From NCBI RefSeq assembly GCF_001194135.2, contig NC_068982.1, positions 113,777,881 to 113,841,880 on the forward strand: a stretch of 64,000 nucleotides of DNA, in the 5' to 3' direction. The notes under the pieces are model-generated. The model worked only from the letters and a program-made list of their open reading frames with translations, made no database searches and was not told where the DNA came from. A program made the translations under genes and the position numbers. Source of the DNA: Octopus bimaculoides. Taxonomy: Eukaryota. Positions 1 to 14,878 of this stretch are shown here, piece after piece (the first letter of the stretch is position 1; every line of letters starts with the position of its first letter).

Positions 1-22
1 ATATATATATATATATATATAT

Positions 23-175
23 GACAGGCTTCTTTCAGTTTCCATCTATCAAATCCACTCACAAGGCTTTGGTTGACCTGAGGCTATAGTAGAAGACACA
101 TCCCCAAGGTGCCACACAGTGAGACTGAACTCAGAACTGTGTGGTTGGGAAGCAAGCTACTTACCACACTGTCAC
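23..175 (-). mobile_element. SINE family A, head half (element continues left of the window)
   Basis: Reverse complement of gtgtggtaagtagcttgcttccc...gaaagaagcc, next to (AT)n at 1-22. Confidence 0.85.
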
Positions 176-227
176 CTCTGTGCCTGTAAATAATAATAAT
201 AATAATATAGGCTTAATAATAATAATA

Positions 228-643
228 ATTTCAAATTTTTGCCACAAAGGCAGATTGGGAGGGGATTAAGTCAATTACATCGACCCCAGTGCGTAACTGC
301 TACTTTATTTCATAAATATTTGCCATAAAGGCATTACAAAGAGGGGACGAACAAGGACAGACAAACATAAAAGGGGTGAAGTAGCTGTATCGATTAAATA
401 TTTACAATTTTAAATATACAATAAAAATTGGATTATATTTACAATGTTCGATTGAAGCATTGCTCATTACAGATGCAATTTGTAATGGCTTTCCTGAAGG
501 ATAGGCATTACTTATTTAATCAACCCCAAAAAGATGAAATGCAAAGTCGACCTCGGTGGAATTTGAACTCAGAATGTAGCAGCAGATGAAATACTACTAA
601 GCATTTCACCTGGTGTGCTAATGATTCTGCCAGCTCACCACCT
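228..643 (-). mobile_element. SINE family B pieces (tail 228-305, alternative-tail fragment 305-385, head 505-643)
   Basis: Family motifs, with (AAT)n flanks on both sides. Confidence 0.7.
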
Positions 644-3139
644 TAATAGTAATAACGATAATGATAATAATAATAGTTATAAGGTTAAAGCTTATAAGCA
701 AACACTGTATATTGACTAAAGAAAATAGTTTGAGATATTCAACTATTTTCTTTAGCCAAAATGCACAGTGATTGCTTATAAGCTTTAAGCTTATAATTAT
801 TATTATCATTTACAGAATTTTCACTCGTCACTGCTTCTCCGACTAATGCATATGTATGTATATAATATGTAAACTTATACTCAACTATTACCTACCAACA
901 ATGAATGGCATATTAAAACTTGATATGCCTGCATAAGCTCACACTGCATATAGACCTAGTCATATGGAAAACTCCAAAAGTAACGTGCAATGTATGAAAA
1001 TGGTTATTGTAAGCAGATTTAGTTGATAAAATTAACTATTATTCTTTAATATTTACCTGTGTTAACTTACATTTAGTATTTTTTGAGTTTTTTTTTTTTA
1101 ATCTATGTATTTCTATTTTAAAGTAACTTTATATTTTATCTTTTAAGTATGCTATGCAGTTACAAAATCCATTATCTCACACATTTTAAGTGCTTAGATA
1201 ATAATCTGTGTTGACCAAATGATAAACTGCTGTGGAAACTGTAATTTGACACCTCCATCAAGCTAGTTAGTAGGTGTACTGATTTTAGAAGAGCAGGTGG
1301 ATATTACTATGCGTTGGTGAGAAACAGGGAGGATAACTCAGTCTGCAACATAAGTTTTATAGGAAATAGCTTACAAGAATTTTTTTTTTCTAGAGTGGAA
1401 TTTAGAAAATTTGGTTGCAGCATGGTTTTTTATTTCTTTATTTTATAATTTTTTTATTTTCTTTTATTTATTTTTAACTTTTGTTAATTTTGTAATACAA
1501 TCATAGATCCAAAACGTTTTCAGGGTAGTAATTTTAGACCTATTTGTGAGTATTTGTGTGATGTTTATAAAATTGCGATACCTGTCTAAAAAAGAAGTGT
1601 CAAGGAATCAAAGAAGGAGGATAATGGAAGGAAGTTTATGTTATCTCAATGTTTATTTTTTTTACTTCTGGTGCTAACACTTTTTAGCTTATCTTATAAA
1701 AACTGCCAGTTGGTCGACTTAGAGGAGCTAGTTAAAAACTCCTCAATGTTTATCTATAGTTGTTTTTTTGCCAGAGACTGTGTAAACTTTATCCTATATA
1801 AAACAAACACACACACACACACACATGCACATATATATCGTCTTTTATTCAACCATAGGTATTTCTTTCTAGGATATTTTAAGTTATCATTATATTCATA
1901 TTTCTGTATTAGCATTCTGTTCACCCCAAAATATACGAATATTTTTCTGCTTCAGTTTTCACATATTTTGATCTATATCTACTCAGTATTTTGTGGTGTC
2001 AGTTTCCTTCCTTTCTTTACTTGTTGTTGTTGTTGAGTGACTCTAGTTAGCTCTGCAACAACAAACTAATATCTAGAATTAATAAATCAAATTCTTTAGA
2101 ATAAAGTAAAAAATATTACACTTTGAATATGTCATTATCTAGAATGGTTTGGTAGCATATTCTACAATCTTGGTCTTTAGAGTAGCAGTGAAAACATGAA
2201 TTTGGTCTGTTTTTTTGTCTACTAAACATATGACCAAAGTTTCCAGTACTGTCAATGTAGAATCATTTACCGCATGGTCATTTAGATTCTTTAAAATTCA
2301 GTGGAAGTAGCTGATAACATAAACCAGCTATTTGTGCCTAATTTAATAATTGATAATGTACCTAATTAAATGGTGTTGCCATGTCATTTTGGTATGTTTT
2401 GATGAGTTAAATATTTGTGAGTAGTTAGGCTGTAGTTGCATAAGTTGTATTGATTGACGAAGACTGCAGTTGTGAACTCTGTATCCTTGCCTGTCAGGAC
2501 AGATAATTGAAGAAATTCTGTTGGATTTACAAAATGAGTTATTTTTAAACCATTTGAATTCTTTAATTTTTCACTATATTAATTAGTATGTCTACTCATA
2601 CTCTTCTCATTATATATTTACCAAGTAGGTTGTTAGAAATCACATACTTTGAGCTCCTATTTAAGGTGATATCACTTCTTTCCCTTTTTCTTGTGTTGAT
2701 ACTGAGTAATCCAGGTTAGATCTGTTTTATTCTTAATACTCAATCAGGCTCTATGCATCCAACTTTAAGTTGTTTTGTGCAATAGTGTTGGGGCATCTTA
2801 ATTCTTACCTGTTTGTTGACAAAAAAATTATTATATATCTCAAAACAGATTGTCCCTATTAAAAAAGTTGTTCATGAATTTGTAAAAACCATGGATTTTG
2901 TATTATTTTCTGCTTTACACATTTTGATAAGTTTGGCCAATCAGCAGTATCATCACATGAGTATTATCACCCCAATAAAACAACTGACCAATCATCATTA
3001 CTGTATTATGTAGCTGAATATCAAAATGTTATCTGCAAATAGAATGTCTTAGAGAAAGTTGTTTGTATAATGCATGTCATTACTTGCACAAAAAATAAAT
3101 GTTTCTGCGTTTACTTATTTTTACTAATTTTGGCTCAAG

Positions 3140-3323
3140 ACCAGTAACTTTGAGGGAAGGGGCATGTTGATTACATTGACTTGGCTGGTACTTTATTTTA
3201 TTAACATGAAAAGGATAAAAGACAAAGTTGATCTCAGTAGGATTTGATTTCAAAACATAAAGACCTAAAAGAAATACCACTAGGCATTTTGTCTGACATG
3301 CTAACAATTCTGCCAACTCTCCT
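3140..3323 (-). mobile_element. SINE family B
   Basis: aggataaaagacaaagttgatctcag...gctaacaattctgccaactc. Confidence 0.75.
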
Positions 3324-3656
3324 CTGCTACTGAATTTTAAAAAATGATAGCTTGAAAGGATTTGTTGATTTCACAACAAAGTAACAGAAACTGGTTTGTA
3401 AAAAGAGTGAACTTATTTCTGTAACTGACTAAGGATGAGAATTATTTTTTGTGATGTAGAATCACCTTGTTGTTCCACAACCACAGGAAGAATCATCCTC
3501 TCATTCCAAAATGAATATAATTTGCATAATTTGGAAGTCTATTCTTTTATATTATACATCTTTATTGTGAAAGTTTAGATCAAAAAATGTGGGAAGCAAG
3601 AAAAAATTTAAAATTTGTTCTTTGTTATTTACAGACTAATATGTAGTCAATCAACT

Positions 3657-3671
3657 TACACACACACACAT

Positions 3672-3712
<41 letters not shown>
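3657..3712. repeat. (CA)n microsatellite
   Basis: Read directly. Confidence 0.95.
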
Positions 3713-3716
<4 letters not shown>

Positions 3717-4893
3717 TGTATATAATATTTCGTGAATTTCCAAGTGTGAATTAAGTTGTCCCCAACATTCTTGCATGAAAACCTGAAAACAAATATACAT
3801 TTAGCACATACCCTACAGTCTCAATAAACCTGATCATTAAGGTCTGATCTCTGACACTAAATTGGTGCTCACCTTTTCTGGAGATAAAAGATAGCTTGCT
3901 CAGATGAATAAAAAATAATATATACTTTGATTGTTGTGCTGTGTAACAAAAAGCAAGGAAATATGGGACTTAATCTAAATTGTTTTTATGTCTATTGCTC
4001 CATGCTGAAAAGGATTGGAATGGACTTTTAGAGGTAGTATTTTATAGTTAGGTGCCCTTCCTGACAGTATGTCCATTATATTAAAAAACTGGGATATACA
4101 AAAGTAATTCCAAGTATAAAAGCATATTTAGTGTATGTTATTCATGTTTATTATATAATACGCTTGTAAGTACCTCATTTAATCTTATAGCCTAATTTTT
4201 TGTAATATCTAAATAAGTAGAGTTTTATCATCAGTGCAAATGTTAAAAACTAATCAATCCATGCTAAGTAGAGTTAAGAATTTCTGTCAAATCAAAACAC
4301 TTAAAAATAATCAAACAATTTTACACCTAGCATTTACACACCTATATTTTCACACTCTGTGTATTTATATTTACAATGAAATTTTAATATGCTAAAATTT
4401 TTATGCATAATGAATGTTGATGACGAAAATCGATTATGGATTAATAGCAGAGCGCTAGAAGTTGTCTACAGACAAGTTGTGATAAAATAGTTGAGAAAAA
4501 CTGAAGATGTGATTAAAAATATGGCTAAATCTGATTCTTTATTTTTTTTCTCCTTGTTGTCTATTCTATCTATTTGTTTGGAAGAGTAGACATAAAAGAG
4601 GATAATTAGTTAGATGTGTCTCACATTGAACAATATATTACTTAAAGTAAGAGTAAAAATCTTCTGTTATAGATGTCAAAAAATAATAATTGAAATTTAA
4701 GAGATTATTTATTTGTTCATTGTCTTCTTATTTCATTATAATTCCATTCACATCTAAAATGTGTTATAGGAATATAAATCAAGTGTAGTAGTTGACCGTA
4801 CTTATTTTTAACTGATATTACTGGAAGGATGAAAGGTAAAGTTGGCTCCAGTGAGATTTGAATTTAAAACAGATATTTTGTTTGACTCCTTAA

Positions 4894-5114
4894 CCCTTTT
4901 GTTACCATATTTATTTTGAGATGCTCTGTGTTTTTTTCAAATATTTTAAATGTAGCTAAGAATTTAGTAAAATAACTTAGTTATCATTAAGCTAGTGTTA
5001 GGAACATAAACTGTGACTAAAGTTTGGTGAAAGATTTTAATTCAAAACTTATGAAAACAAGACATTTGTACTACAGAGCCAGAGCAGGTTTCAGCCAGGA
5101 TGGTATCGAAAGGG
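4894..5114. mobile_element. piggyBac-like MITE
   Basis: TTAA target duplications at 4890-4893 and 5115-5118. TIRs cccttttgttacca / tggtatcgaaaggg match at 12 of 14 positions. Confidence 0.8.
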
Positions 5115-5904
5115 TTAATAATTCTGTTAATCCATCATCAATTAAAATTAAATTTAAAATAGGGTTAAGCTGTTTCTTTTGCTATATATTTTCTTTTTTC
5201 AAATTTGCTATGATAAAAATCAAGCTAAAACATTCTGTAATTCTTCTTCCATAATGTGAGCTGAATGTGTTGGAAAGGTCATTTGAGAAGGTAAAAAGAT
5301 AAAGAAATCAGCATTGATTTCAGTATTGTTAGTTGCAGCTGTGGTTTTCTTCTCCTAACTGCTCTGATAATTTCTTTTGCCTTGTGTTATTTGACAGCAG
5401 CTGTGTCTATTCTGGCTTGTTACCTACATTAGCAGAAGGGTTATATAGATATCATATTTCTCATCATTTCATAGATCTTCAGACCTGTTGTTCTATGATC
5501 TATTATTACCAATCATTCCTGTTATTCTTTCTTCTTTGACTGCTTTACTACTATTCTAGGTTTTTTGGTAGATAAAGTGACTTCTGGATAATCATAGCAA
5601 GCAAAGTGGGAAACTGGATCATTGGCTATTTTGCAGTCTTGTGTTAAGACCTCTGTGCCGCCACCTCCACCCCCACCCCCACTCAAGAAGAAGAAGAAGA
5701 AGAAATTTCTGAAATATTTAACTTCTTTTCTTGCATTTTGACAACACAGTGCATCTCTAATTTCTCCCAATTCTTCTGTTTTACTCGATCTGGTTAATGT
5801 TTATTTAATAATAATGATAAAAATAAAGCATAGTTTAATTTTTTCATTCTTGTTCCAGTTTACAACCATACAGGTGTTTTACCATGAAGGGCTTAATCAA
5901 TTAA

Positions 5905-6310
5905 AATGGCCCTGGTAGTTATTATAATTCAGGGTACTTATTCTATCGATCTCTTTTGTTGAACCATTAAGTTGGCACATAAAAAGTCCAATACCAGTTT
6001 TCAACTTATACGAGGTAGACACAAAGAGGTGCACATGCCCACATATGAGAGAGAGACAGACAGATAGACAGCAAGAGAGAGAGAGAGAGTGAGAGAAGGG
6101 GAGAGACAGACAGACAAACAGCAAGAAAGAGAGACAGACAGACAGACTGACAGCAAGAAAGAGTGAGAGAGATATGATGGGCATCTACACAGTTTCTATC
6201 TATCCACTTCATTTGCAAGGCATTGGTTAGCCCCGGCTATAGTAGAAAACTGGAGTGAAACAGAACCCAAAGCCACCTGGTTGCAATGCAAACTTCTCAG
6301 CCACACACCT
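5905..6310 (-). mobile_element. SINE family A, old copy with an internal (GA)n/(GACA)n tract
   Basis: Tail motifs at 5905-6010, microsatellite at 6048-6172, head at 6181-6310. Confidence 0.6.
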
Positions 6311-6530
6311 ACCACTTACCAATAAAAAGATACTAAAATTTTAAAGCATTTTGAAATAGGAAATACAATGGAAAATATCTATGGAGCTTTTTATAAAGAG
6401 AAAACAAAGTATGTTCTGTTATTTATAATTGTTATTGGTGACTAACAGAATTTAGTTAACAGGGTAACCAGCTGACTAAGGGACAAGATGGTTTTTTTTT
6501 TTTGGTTTTTGTGTTTATTTGTCGCTATAG

Positions 6531-6925
6531 ATGCAGGCACTGCAGTCTAGTTACAAGACTTGCTTTTCAGCTACAGGGTTTTGAGTTCAGTCCCACTGTG
6601 TAGCAACTTGGGCAGGTGTTCGCTACTGGTTGGCCTCAGACCAGCCAATGCTTTGTAAGTGGATTTGGTAGATGAAAACTGTGTGGAAACAGATACGTGT
6701 GTGTATGTGTGTGTCTTTGTGTTTTTGTTTGTCCCCAGCCAACTGGTGTTCGTTTGTTTACATTCCCATGACTTAGCAGTTTGGCAAAGAGATTGAGAGA
6801 ATAAGTACCAGACTTAGAAAAAAAACAAAAAACTACTGAGATGATTTGTTTGACTAAATCTTTCAACGTGGTGCCTTGGCCATAGTCCACTCATGGAAAC
6901 AAGTAAAAAAGACGATAAAAGAAAA
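6531..6925 (+). mobile_element. SINE family A, older copy in tandem with 6958-7339
   Basis: gagttcagtcccactg...ttgggcagg...gtggatttggtagat...gagaataagtacca. Confidence 0.75.
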
Positions 6926-6957
6926 AAGTATTTCTGGGAAATAGACAAGATTTATAG

Positions 6958-7339
6958 GTGCAGGCATGGCTGTGTGGGAAGAAGCTTGCTTCCTAACCAC
7001 ATGGTTCCAGGTTCAGTCCCACTGCATGCCACCTTAGGCAAATGTCTTGTGAGTGGATTTGGTAGACAGAAACTGAAAGAAACCTGTCATATGTATGTAT
7101 GTATGTATGTATGTATATATATTTATGTGTATGTCTTTGTGTCTGTTTTTGTCCCCCCACCATCACTTGACAACCAATGTTGGTGTGTTTATGTCCCTGA
7201 AACATAGCGGTTTGGAAAAAGAGACCAATAGAATAAGTACTAGGCTTACAAAGAATAAATCCTGGGGCTGATTTCTTCAACTCAAGGCAACGCTCCAGCA
7301 TGGTCACAATCAAATGATTGAAGTGTGTAAAAGAGTAAG
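6958..7339 (+). mobile_element. SINE family A
   Basis: Head and tail recognisable; CpGs decayed. Confidence 0.85.
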
Positions 7340-9450
7340 ATGTGGTGATCTTGTCTACTTAACTGTATCATCATCATCATCATTTCTGTAATGTTTGGAT
7401 TTGTTTTTGTACTAATACAAGCTAGGTTTATCTGCCATACAACAAATTTACTATTTCCCTTATAACTCAACCTGAAAATGCAATGTACAATTATTTCAGT
7501 TTAACATAATTTTTATTATAAGATAAAGATAACACCTCCCATAGTACTTCTATGATGTAAGAGTATATGCAGAATACATCAGCTATGTTATAACTGAAAG
7601 TAGCTCTATGTAGTTTAGTGTCTGTAAATTATCAAAAACATTGAAACTTCAATAGCAAGATTGAAGACCAGTAATAATATTCTTCTTAGATTTTTCTGAT
7701 TTTTTGAGAATTTAAATTGATTGCTTGAGTCCCCACCCCTCCCCCACCAAAAAAAAAATTATTACAATCTTCTCACAATGCCTGTCCTCCTAAAAGTATG
7801 ATATATATTTATTATTTTGAAATCATTTGCACTCAGGCATGCACACATTCGTATACTCTTCATTGGTTGCATTCACTATTTACTGTGGCCCTGCTAGCGT
7901 ATCATTTCCAAGTATTTGAGTTAGTCGTATTGATCCCAATACTTATTTCAGTCTGTTAGGTACTTTATTGTTGTTATTTGTTGAATTGTTATGGCATAAG
8001 ATATAGAAAAGACAGCATAAACAATATTGGTCTTTAGACAGGAGCTAAACATCCACTGTCACACATGCACACACACACACATGCACGCACACACACATAC
8101 ACACACACACAGAACACGTAGTGGGTTTCTGCACAGTTTCCATGTACCAAATTGAACCCATAAAACTATAGTAGAAGATACTTACACACAGTACAGCACA
8201 GTGGACTTGAACCTGGAATTATGTGATTACAAAATGAACTTAACTCCACTGTATTTTTGAGTCCCCCCCACACACACATACATACATATATATATATCAT
8301 TATCATCACTTAAATCATAAAAATTGTTCTAAAACAAAATTAGTGAATATATTATAAATACACCCATAATTTTAAAATACACATTTATTTCTAATGATAG
8401 TTTTATTCATTGCTATTAATACTGTGATATTCTTTTTTTATTTTTTGTAATTATAGAATAAATTAATTTAATCTAAAGTATTTATCAATACGATATGCTG
8501 CTAGCTCCATCAACTTCAGTTTCTCAAACTATTAAATTTCAATTCATAATTATCACTTATGAACAATTCTACTAGTACAAGAAATATTACATGCACTTTA
8601 TTGCAAAATTGTCTCCTGAATTCCATATGCAAAATAAAAATTTTGGGACAATCAATTATGTATGAAAGACTAAAGACTCTTGTTTAAGTGCAGTAGATTC
8701 TTAATAAATTCTACTGTTTGCTCTACTTTATAAAATGCCAATTTTAGACATATTATTATATTTTATCCTTAAAATGTTTGTCTGTGAAGAATACACTTAA
8801 TACTTGGACATTGTTATGCTGCAACATTTAATGTTTATCAGGTATTTCTTTATATAAATATTCCATACCAATTCCTAAATTTGTGAATCCAATTAAAACA
8901 GTAATATTCAGCTTCAGAGTTCTACCAAGTACATGTTATCTCCAATAACAGCAGAAAATAAACAAACATTTGTATCTAGCAAGCATTCCATTTCTAGCTA
9001 TAGACTTTCACATTAGCAAAATAGCAAATTAACATTCTGAGTTCTAATACTGCTGTCAACTTTGTGTTTCATTCTTCTGGCATAAGTGCAGGAACAAAAT
9101 TTGCTGAGTGGGTGCAAACCCAGTTTTAAAAGCATTTTCATTGTACCCCCACCACATAAAAAAAAAAATGGTGGGTGTGCTTGCCCTCTACCCACTGTTC
9201 TTAATCCTATGTCTTCTAGGCTTGATAAATAAAATACCAATCAAAAGCAACAGACTGGAAGCCTTGTATTTGTTCCTATTCTTTGCATTCAGAGTTCAAA
9301 TCCTGCTATGGTCTACTTGTATAATGACTTAACCTGTTGCCTCGTTTAACATCAACACCTAATTCTTGGGTACCTTTAGTAAAGCCCATTCTGTTGCAAG
9401 TATTCTGGCCAGGTCTCTGGTCTGAGGATACTCAAACAACAACATCATCT

Positions 9451-9825
9451 CTTTTATCTTTTACTTCTCAGTCATTAGACTGCTGCCATGCTGGAGCAGC
9501 ACTGCCTTGAAGTGTTTTAGTCGAACAAATCAACCCAGTAGTTTTTTTTTAATGCTGGTACTTATTCTATTGGCCTCTTTTGCCAAACTACTAGGTTATG
9601 GGGTGTAAACAAACCAACTCCAGTTGTCAAGCAATGGTTAGAGATAAACACACACAAACATACATGCATGAAGGGATTTCTTTCAGCTTCCATCAGTCAA
9701 ATCCACTGAAAAGGCTTTGGTAAGCTCAAGGCTGTAATAGAAGATACTTGCCCAAAGTTTTACACTTTGGGACTGAACTCAGAATCATGTGGTTGGGAAT
9801 CAGACTTCTTACCACACAGCCACAT
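9451..9825 (-). mobile_element. SINE family A
   Basis: Full layout; CpGs decayed. Confidence 0.85.
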
Positions 9826-11284
9826 TTGTGTCTATTATATATTCATTTGAAACATTTCAATATATTTTTTAGATTATTTTATACTGTGTGTATATATTTA
9901 TTCTAATTAACTTTTACAATGACATTGATTAATATATATTTCACTGAATCATTATTAATCTTTGTAGATTCGATAAACTTTAAATTCATTTGAGACTTGG
10001 CCAAATTATATCTAAAGTAAAAAAAATTAAGCATACTAAGATTAATTGTCTACTTTAATTATTAATTTTTTTTTTATCAAAATCCAATATTTTTTTATAT
10101 ATGTTTTTTTAAACAAATGTTCAACTCAAATTCTAGCAATAAGTTCCAATTTTATTAAAAGCATGAAACAAAAATCTTTAGGTTTGGAAGAACTGATGTG
10201 CGACTGTATCTTCATCCTACAGCAAGGTTTATTGAATGAATTAATAAAATTCCTTCAAAGTTATCATTAAGTAATATTCTTTACATTTTTATAATTATTT
10301 TTTGCATTTTTATAATTATTATTCTTATAGATGTTATTCATTTTTTTATCAAAATAAATATTGATATTTATTATATTTTTTATTACTATACTTCTGACTT
10401 TTTGTCTTGTTTGTTTCTTTATATCCTTGAGGTGTGTAAATGAACTTATTGAGTTTGAGTCAAAGTAACATGTTGTAATAAGATAACATAATTATCTGTG
10501 CTTAGCTTAAAATTTAAATCTTATTTAAGGACTTCTGATATATTGTTCTTTCTGTTTTGTTTTTGAGAAGAGTGGAGATAGAACTGAGGATTGGTGGGTG
10601 GTTTTTTTTTTTTGTAACCTTATTAATGTAGTGTCTGCTACTACTGTTGGTTTAACACTATTTTTCTTTTTAATATAAAAAAATGTAGTGAGTACTTTTT
10701 TTTATTTTTCAACTCTTTACTATTATACAGAAATGTAACAAAGAAAATTATGCATGTAATGTTCCTTTGTGGCCAATAAACGTAAGGGAGATAATCATGT
10801 TTACATTATATTTGGTGGGATTAGAAGTTTGAATTTAGAATGAAGAACAAGGAAGGAGTTGTATAGAATATATATATTTAATTTCTTTTCGTTTACTTAT
10901 TAAGAAGATCTTAAAGTTTGTAGTCTTAGGTTATCATATTTAGCACCAGGCCAGATCATTTTTATCAGAAATTATTAGCATAAAAGGTATGTACACTGGC
11001 AATGGTGAGTGCCATTTCATTACTGCTTGCTTCTAAATTTCCAAACAATTCTTCTGGTTACTTGCCTGTAGCTAGATGATATTAATGAGGACAGTGGCTA
11101 GGGCACGAACTGAGGCTAGGGTGTTAATCATGTGGCATTCTCAGTTCTCTCGTTAAATATATTTTCAATGTTTTGCATATCTCTTTCCCTATTGCTATAT
11201 TTCAATTTTATTCCACCATGAATATTTTGAGTTAACAGCACTGTTTGTAAATATTTTCAATATTTCTCATTTTCATATTGGTTT

Positions 11285-11490
11285 CAATTTCTAACACACG
11301 GCCAACAAGTTCAGGGGAGGGGACTAGTTGACCACATTGATCCCAGTTTTTACTCAACTGCTACTCTTTTGATCAACTCCGAAAATATAAAAGGCAAAGT
11401 TGACCTTGGTAGAATTTGAAATCAGAACATGAAGAGGACAAAATGCCACTAAGCATTTTAACTGGCATGCTAACGATCCTGCCAGCTTGC
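11285..11490 (-). mobile_element. SINE family B
   Basis: Full layout; CpGs decayed. Confidence 0.8.
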
Positions 11491-11620
11491 TTCCCAACCA
11501 TATGGTTCTGGGTTCAGTCCCACTGTGTGACACCTTGGGCAGGTGCCTTCTACTATAACCTCGGGTTGACCAAACCCTTGTAAGTGGAGGATTTGGTAGG
11601 CGGAAACTGAAAGAAGCCCG

Positions 11621-11686
<66 letters not shown>

Positions 11687-11886
11687 TTGTTCTCCCACCA
11701 TCACTTGACAACTGGTATGTTTATGTCATGTAATTTAGTGGTTCAGCGAAAAAGACTGATAAGTATTAGGCTTACAAAGAATAAGTTCTGGGGTCGATTT
11801 CTTTGACTGAAACCCTTTTAAGGCCATGCTCCAGCATGGCCAAAGCCAAATGACTGAAACAAGTGAAAAGAATAAAAGAATAAAAC
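11487..11886 (+). mobile_element. SINE family A, joined head-to-head with a family B copy
   Basis: ttcccaaccatatggttctgggttcagtcc...(AT)n(GT)n...aagaataaaagaataaaa. Confidence 0.85.
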
Positions 11887-12225
11887 TTAGAATGCAAACA
11901 ACTTATTAAGAAATGTATGTTTTATACAGCTCAATAAATGTGTGAAACTTGCAATAAGTTCATACAGAAAATTACAAGAACTTTACAAGCATTGTCCCTG
12001 AATCTATTTTCACAAGATTTATATGTTAGAGTTCAGTTTTAATACTTTGATGTATTTTTATGTCAGTCATATTGTATTATTATCTTAATAACACTGAATG
12101 GAATTTTACTTAACAGAAAAACATTTCCTGTTTTTGTTAAGATTTCTTCCTGTATTATTTCTAAGATTTAATGATTTTTGTTATTATCACCAAAGTTTCT
12201 GATATCATACACAGTTTAAAGTCCT

Positions 12226-12420
12226 CATCATCGTCAAAGTCATTTAATATCTGTCTTCCATGCTGTCATGGGTTTGACAGTATCCAACAAGTCAGAGGAG
12301 TGCATTGAACTCCAATGTCTGTTTTGGCATGGTTGTCATGGTTGGATGCTCTTCCTCATACCAACCATTTTACTGTATCGGGTGTTTTTTTTTGTGACAC
12401 CAGCATTAGTGAAGGTTGTC
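12226..12420 (-). mobile_element. RTE 3'-end fragment (or RTE-tail SINE)
   Basis: The reverse complement aaacccatgacagcatggaagacagatattaaatgac...gatgatga matches the RTE 3' terminus at 19635-19698. Confidence 0.6.
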
Positions 12421-14461
12421 AAGTAACTTGAAAGATTAAAGAAAAAGAAGAAGCCTCCTAGGTGTAGGTGGATTTCTACCAGGCATTGAGAGACTAAAGT
12501 ATGATAGAGAGACAGACACAAGTTGCTTGCTATGGAAGAGATATATGGCTACTTCACATTATATAGGAGTGGGTGGAAGTAACTGGAAAGAGTGTAGAGA
12601 TATTAGTGACGAGATGTCAGAGCATACCGTCTCAAGGAGAATATGAACTAAAGATGGGGAGATATGGATGAATAAGTTCATAGGAGTGTGAAAGGAGAGT
12701 GACTGACGATTTGAGATTGAGGCAGAGGTTATTGTTGTGAATGATGTTCTAGAGTGGAGGTGTGGTCAATGTTACATAACAGTATAGAGGAGAAATAGCT
12801 CAGGGAAAAGGTGGTGATAAATAGCAACATGAGTAGGCGTAAGAACAACATAGTACTGTAAATAGATCAGAAAACAGGGAAACCTTGTAGAGAGGTCAGA
12901 AAATATGGAAAGACAGAGAGAAATTTACTGGGACAAAGATGAAGGTCAGTGCTATGTAGTGGTGGCTATGATGAGTGAAGGACATTGACAGCAGATGGGG
13001 GGTGGGGTATTGAAAGTTATAGAAGTTCACTTTATGATTGTAAGTTGATCTGCCAAAAATTATGTTTTAAATTCATCCCATCCACATTATGTCTACAAAG
13101 CAAATCAGCTAATCAGAATACTGTTAGTTAACATTGGTCAGACTTATGAAAATATTCTAAGCCAATCTTCAATTTTCACAGCTCAGTGCACTTAAATAAC
13201 TAAATATATAAATAAATAATTTTGATAAAAAACTTAGATGAAAATGGTTAAAATAAACAAGAAAGTCTCTGAAGTATTTCTACTTTATTTTATCTCTTTT
13301 TTGTTGTATTTAGACTTAGAAAAAAATGTTAATCTCTCTAGTGCTCAGCTTTTTCAAAAAATTAGAATTTAAAGCAACAAAATAAACATTGTGCAGATAA
13401 ATGAAATTACTGATTAGTCTTCATGAAAGTATTTCTAGTTTATTATTTTACATTTTAATGGAATTATTTGTCATCTTAATGATAGCAGTAAATTACATAT
13501 TCTGTGAAATAACTATTGTCCACCCTTCATTTGGTAAGTGTAATCAGGAAAGTTATACTATAGTTTTTAGAAAGAGAAAATAACTTTCTGATTAAGAAGG
13601 ATTCCTAATCGAAAGGATGTCTTTAATATGGCAGTCATATAATTTATATTATATTGTTATTATGGGTGTGGACATTCATTAATTTCAAATTGCAGGTGGA
13701 GGCATTTTAATTTGCAGGTGATGATGTGTTGTGGAATTTAAAATAAATGTACCTTTAGTTATTACTATAGTAATGCTGTCATCATCGTCTTCTTCTTCTT
13801 CTTCTACTATGCCACCATCACCATTACCTAGCATTTGTCATGATTTTTGAATTTACTTGCACCAGATTTCTGACAGAGAAATAAAACATTCCCTTTATGC
13901 TTCCTCATTTACAGGTAGGGTTAATAGGATAATAACAATTTTTTTTTTTGTTAGAAATATTGAAATAGGATTAAAAATAGAGTTCTTTTGCTAGAATATG
14001 GAGCCAAGAATGTTAAGCCTTTCATCCAAATAAAAATATACCGTTTATCACAAATTATAGGACCTCCACTCCTTAAGGTTAGCCACATGTCTGCATATGT
14101 ATGCATAGGCCTAGGCAGGATATTTTCCTTTCATCTTTTTTTAAAGAAAACTAGTGTTTGCGCATGCATGCAAATCTATCTTCTTCATACAATTGATATT
14201 TGTCCAAAGAAAAAGCTGCCAACTTGGACCAGTACTGCTTGACATCAGAATCATTGCAGGGTTTGCTACCAGAGCACAAAAAGCTAGAAGAGACATCAGA
14301 AGGAACTTTGCCTGACTCTCTAACACTTCCACCAGTCCACCTCCCTGAATTGGGACATTTTTTTATTGACTCCAAAAGGATAAAAGACAAAGTTAACCAC
14401 AATGAGATTTGAATTCAGAATGCACCAAATCAGAATATCATGCAGTGTTATATCTTTTCAC

Positions 14462-14677
14462 TTCTCTTTTACTCTTTTACTTGTTTCAGTCATTTGACTG
14501 CGGCCATGCTGGAGCACCACCTTTTAGTCGAGAAAATCGACCCCAGGACTTATTCTTTGGAAGCCTAGCACTTATTCTATCAATCTCTTTTGCCGAACCG
14601 CTAAGTTACGGGGACGTAAACACAACAGCATTGGTTGTCAAGCGATGTTGGGGGGACAAACACAGACACAAACATAT

Positions 14678-14715
<38 letters not shown>

Positions 14716-14878
14716 ATATATACGACGGGCTTCTTTCAGTTTCCGTCTACCAAATCCACTCACAAGGCTTTGGTTGGCCCGAGGCTATAGTAGAAGACAT
14801 TTGCCCAAGGTGCCACGCAGTGGGAATGAACCCGGAACCATGTGGCTGGTAAGCAAGCTACTTACCACACAGCCACTC
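14462..14878 (-). mobile_element. tRNA-derived SINE family A, young full-length copy
   Basis: Head gagtggctgtgtggtaag...ggttcattccc, then gtggcaccttgggcaa (CORE-like), an internal (AT)n/(GT)n tract, a second half and a (GAGTAAAA)n-like tail. Nearly identical to 23101-23511. Confidence 0.9.
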
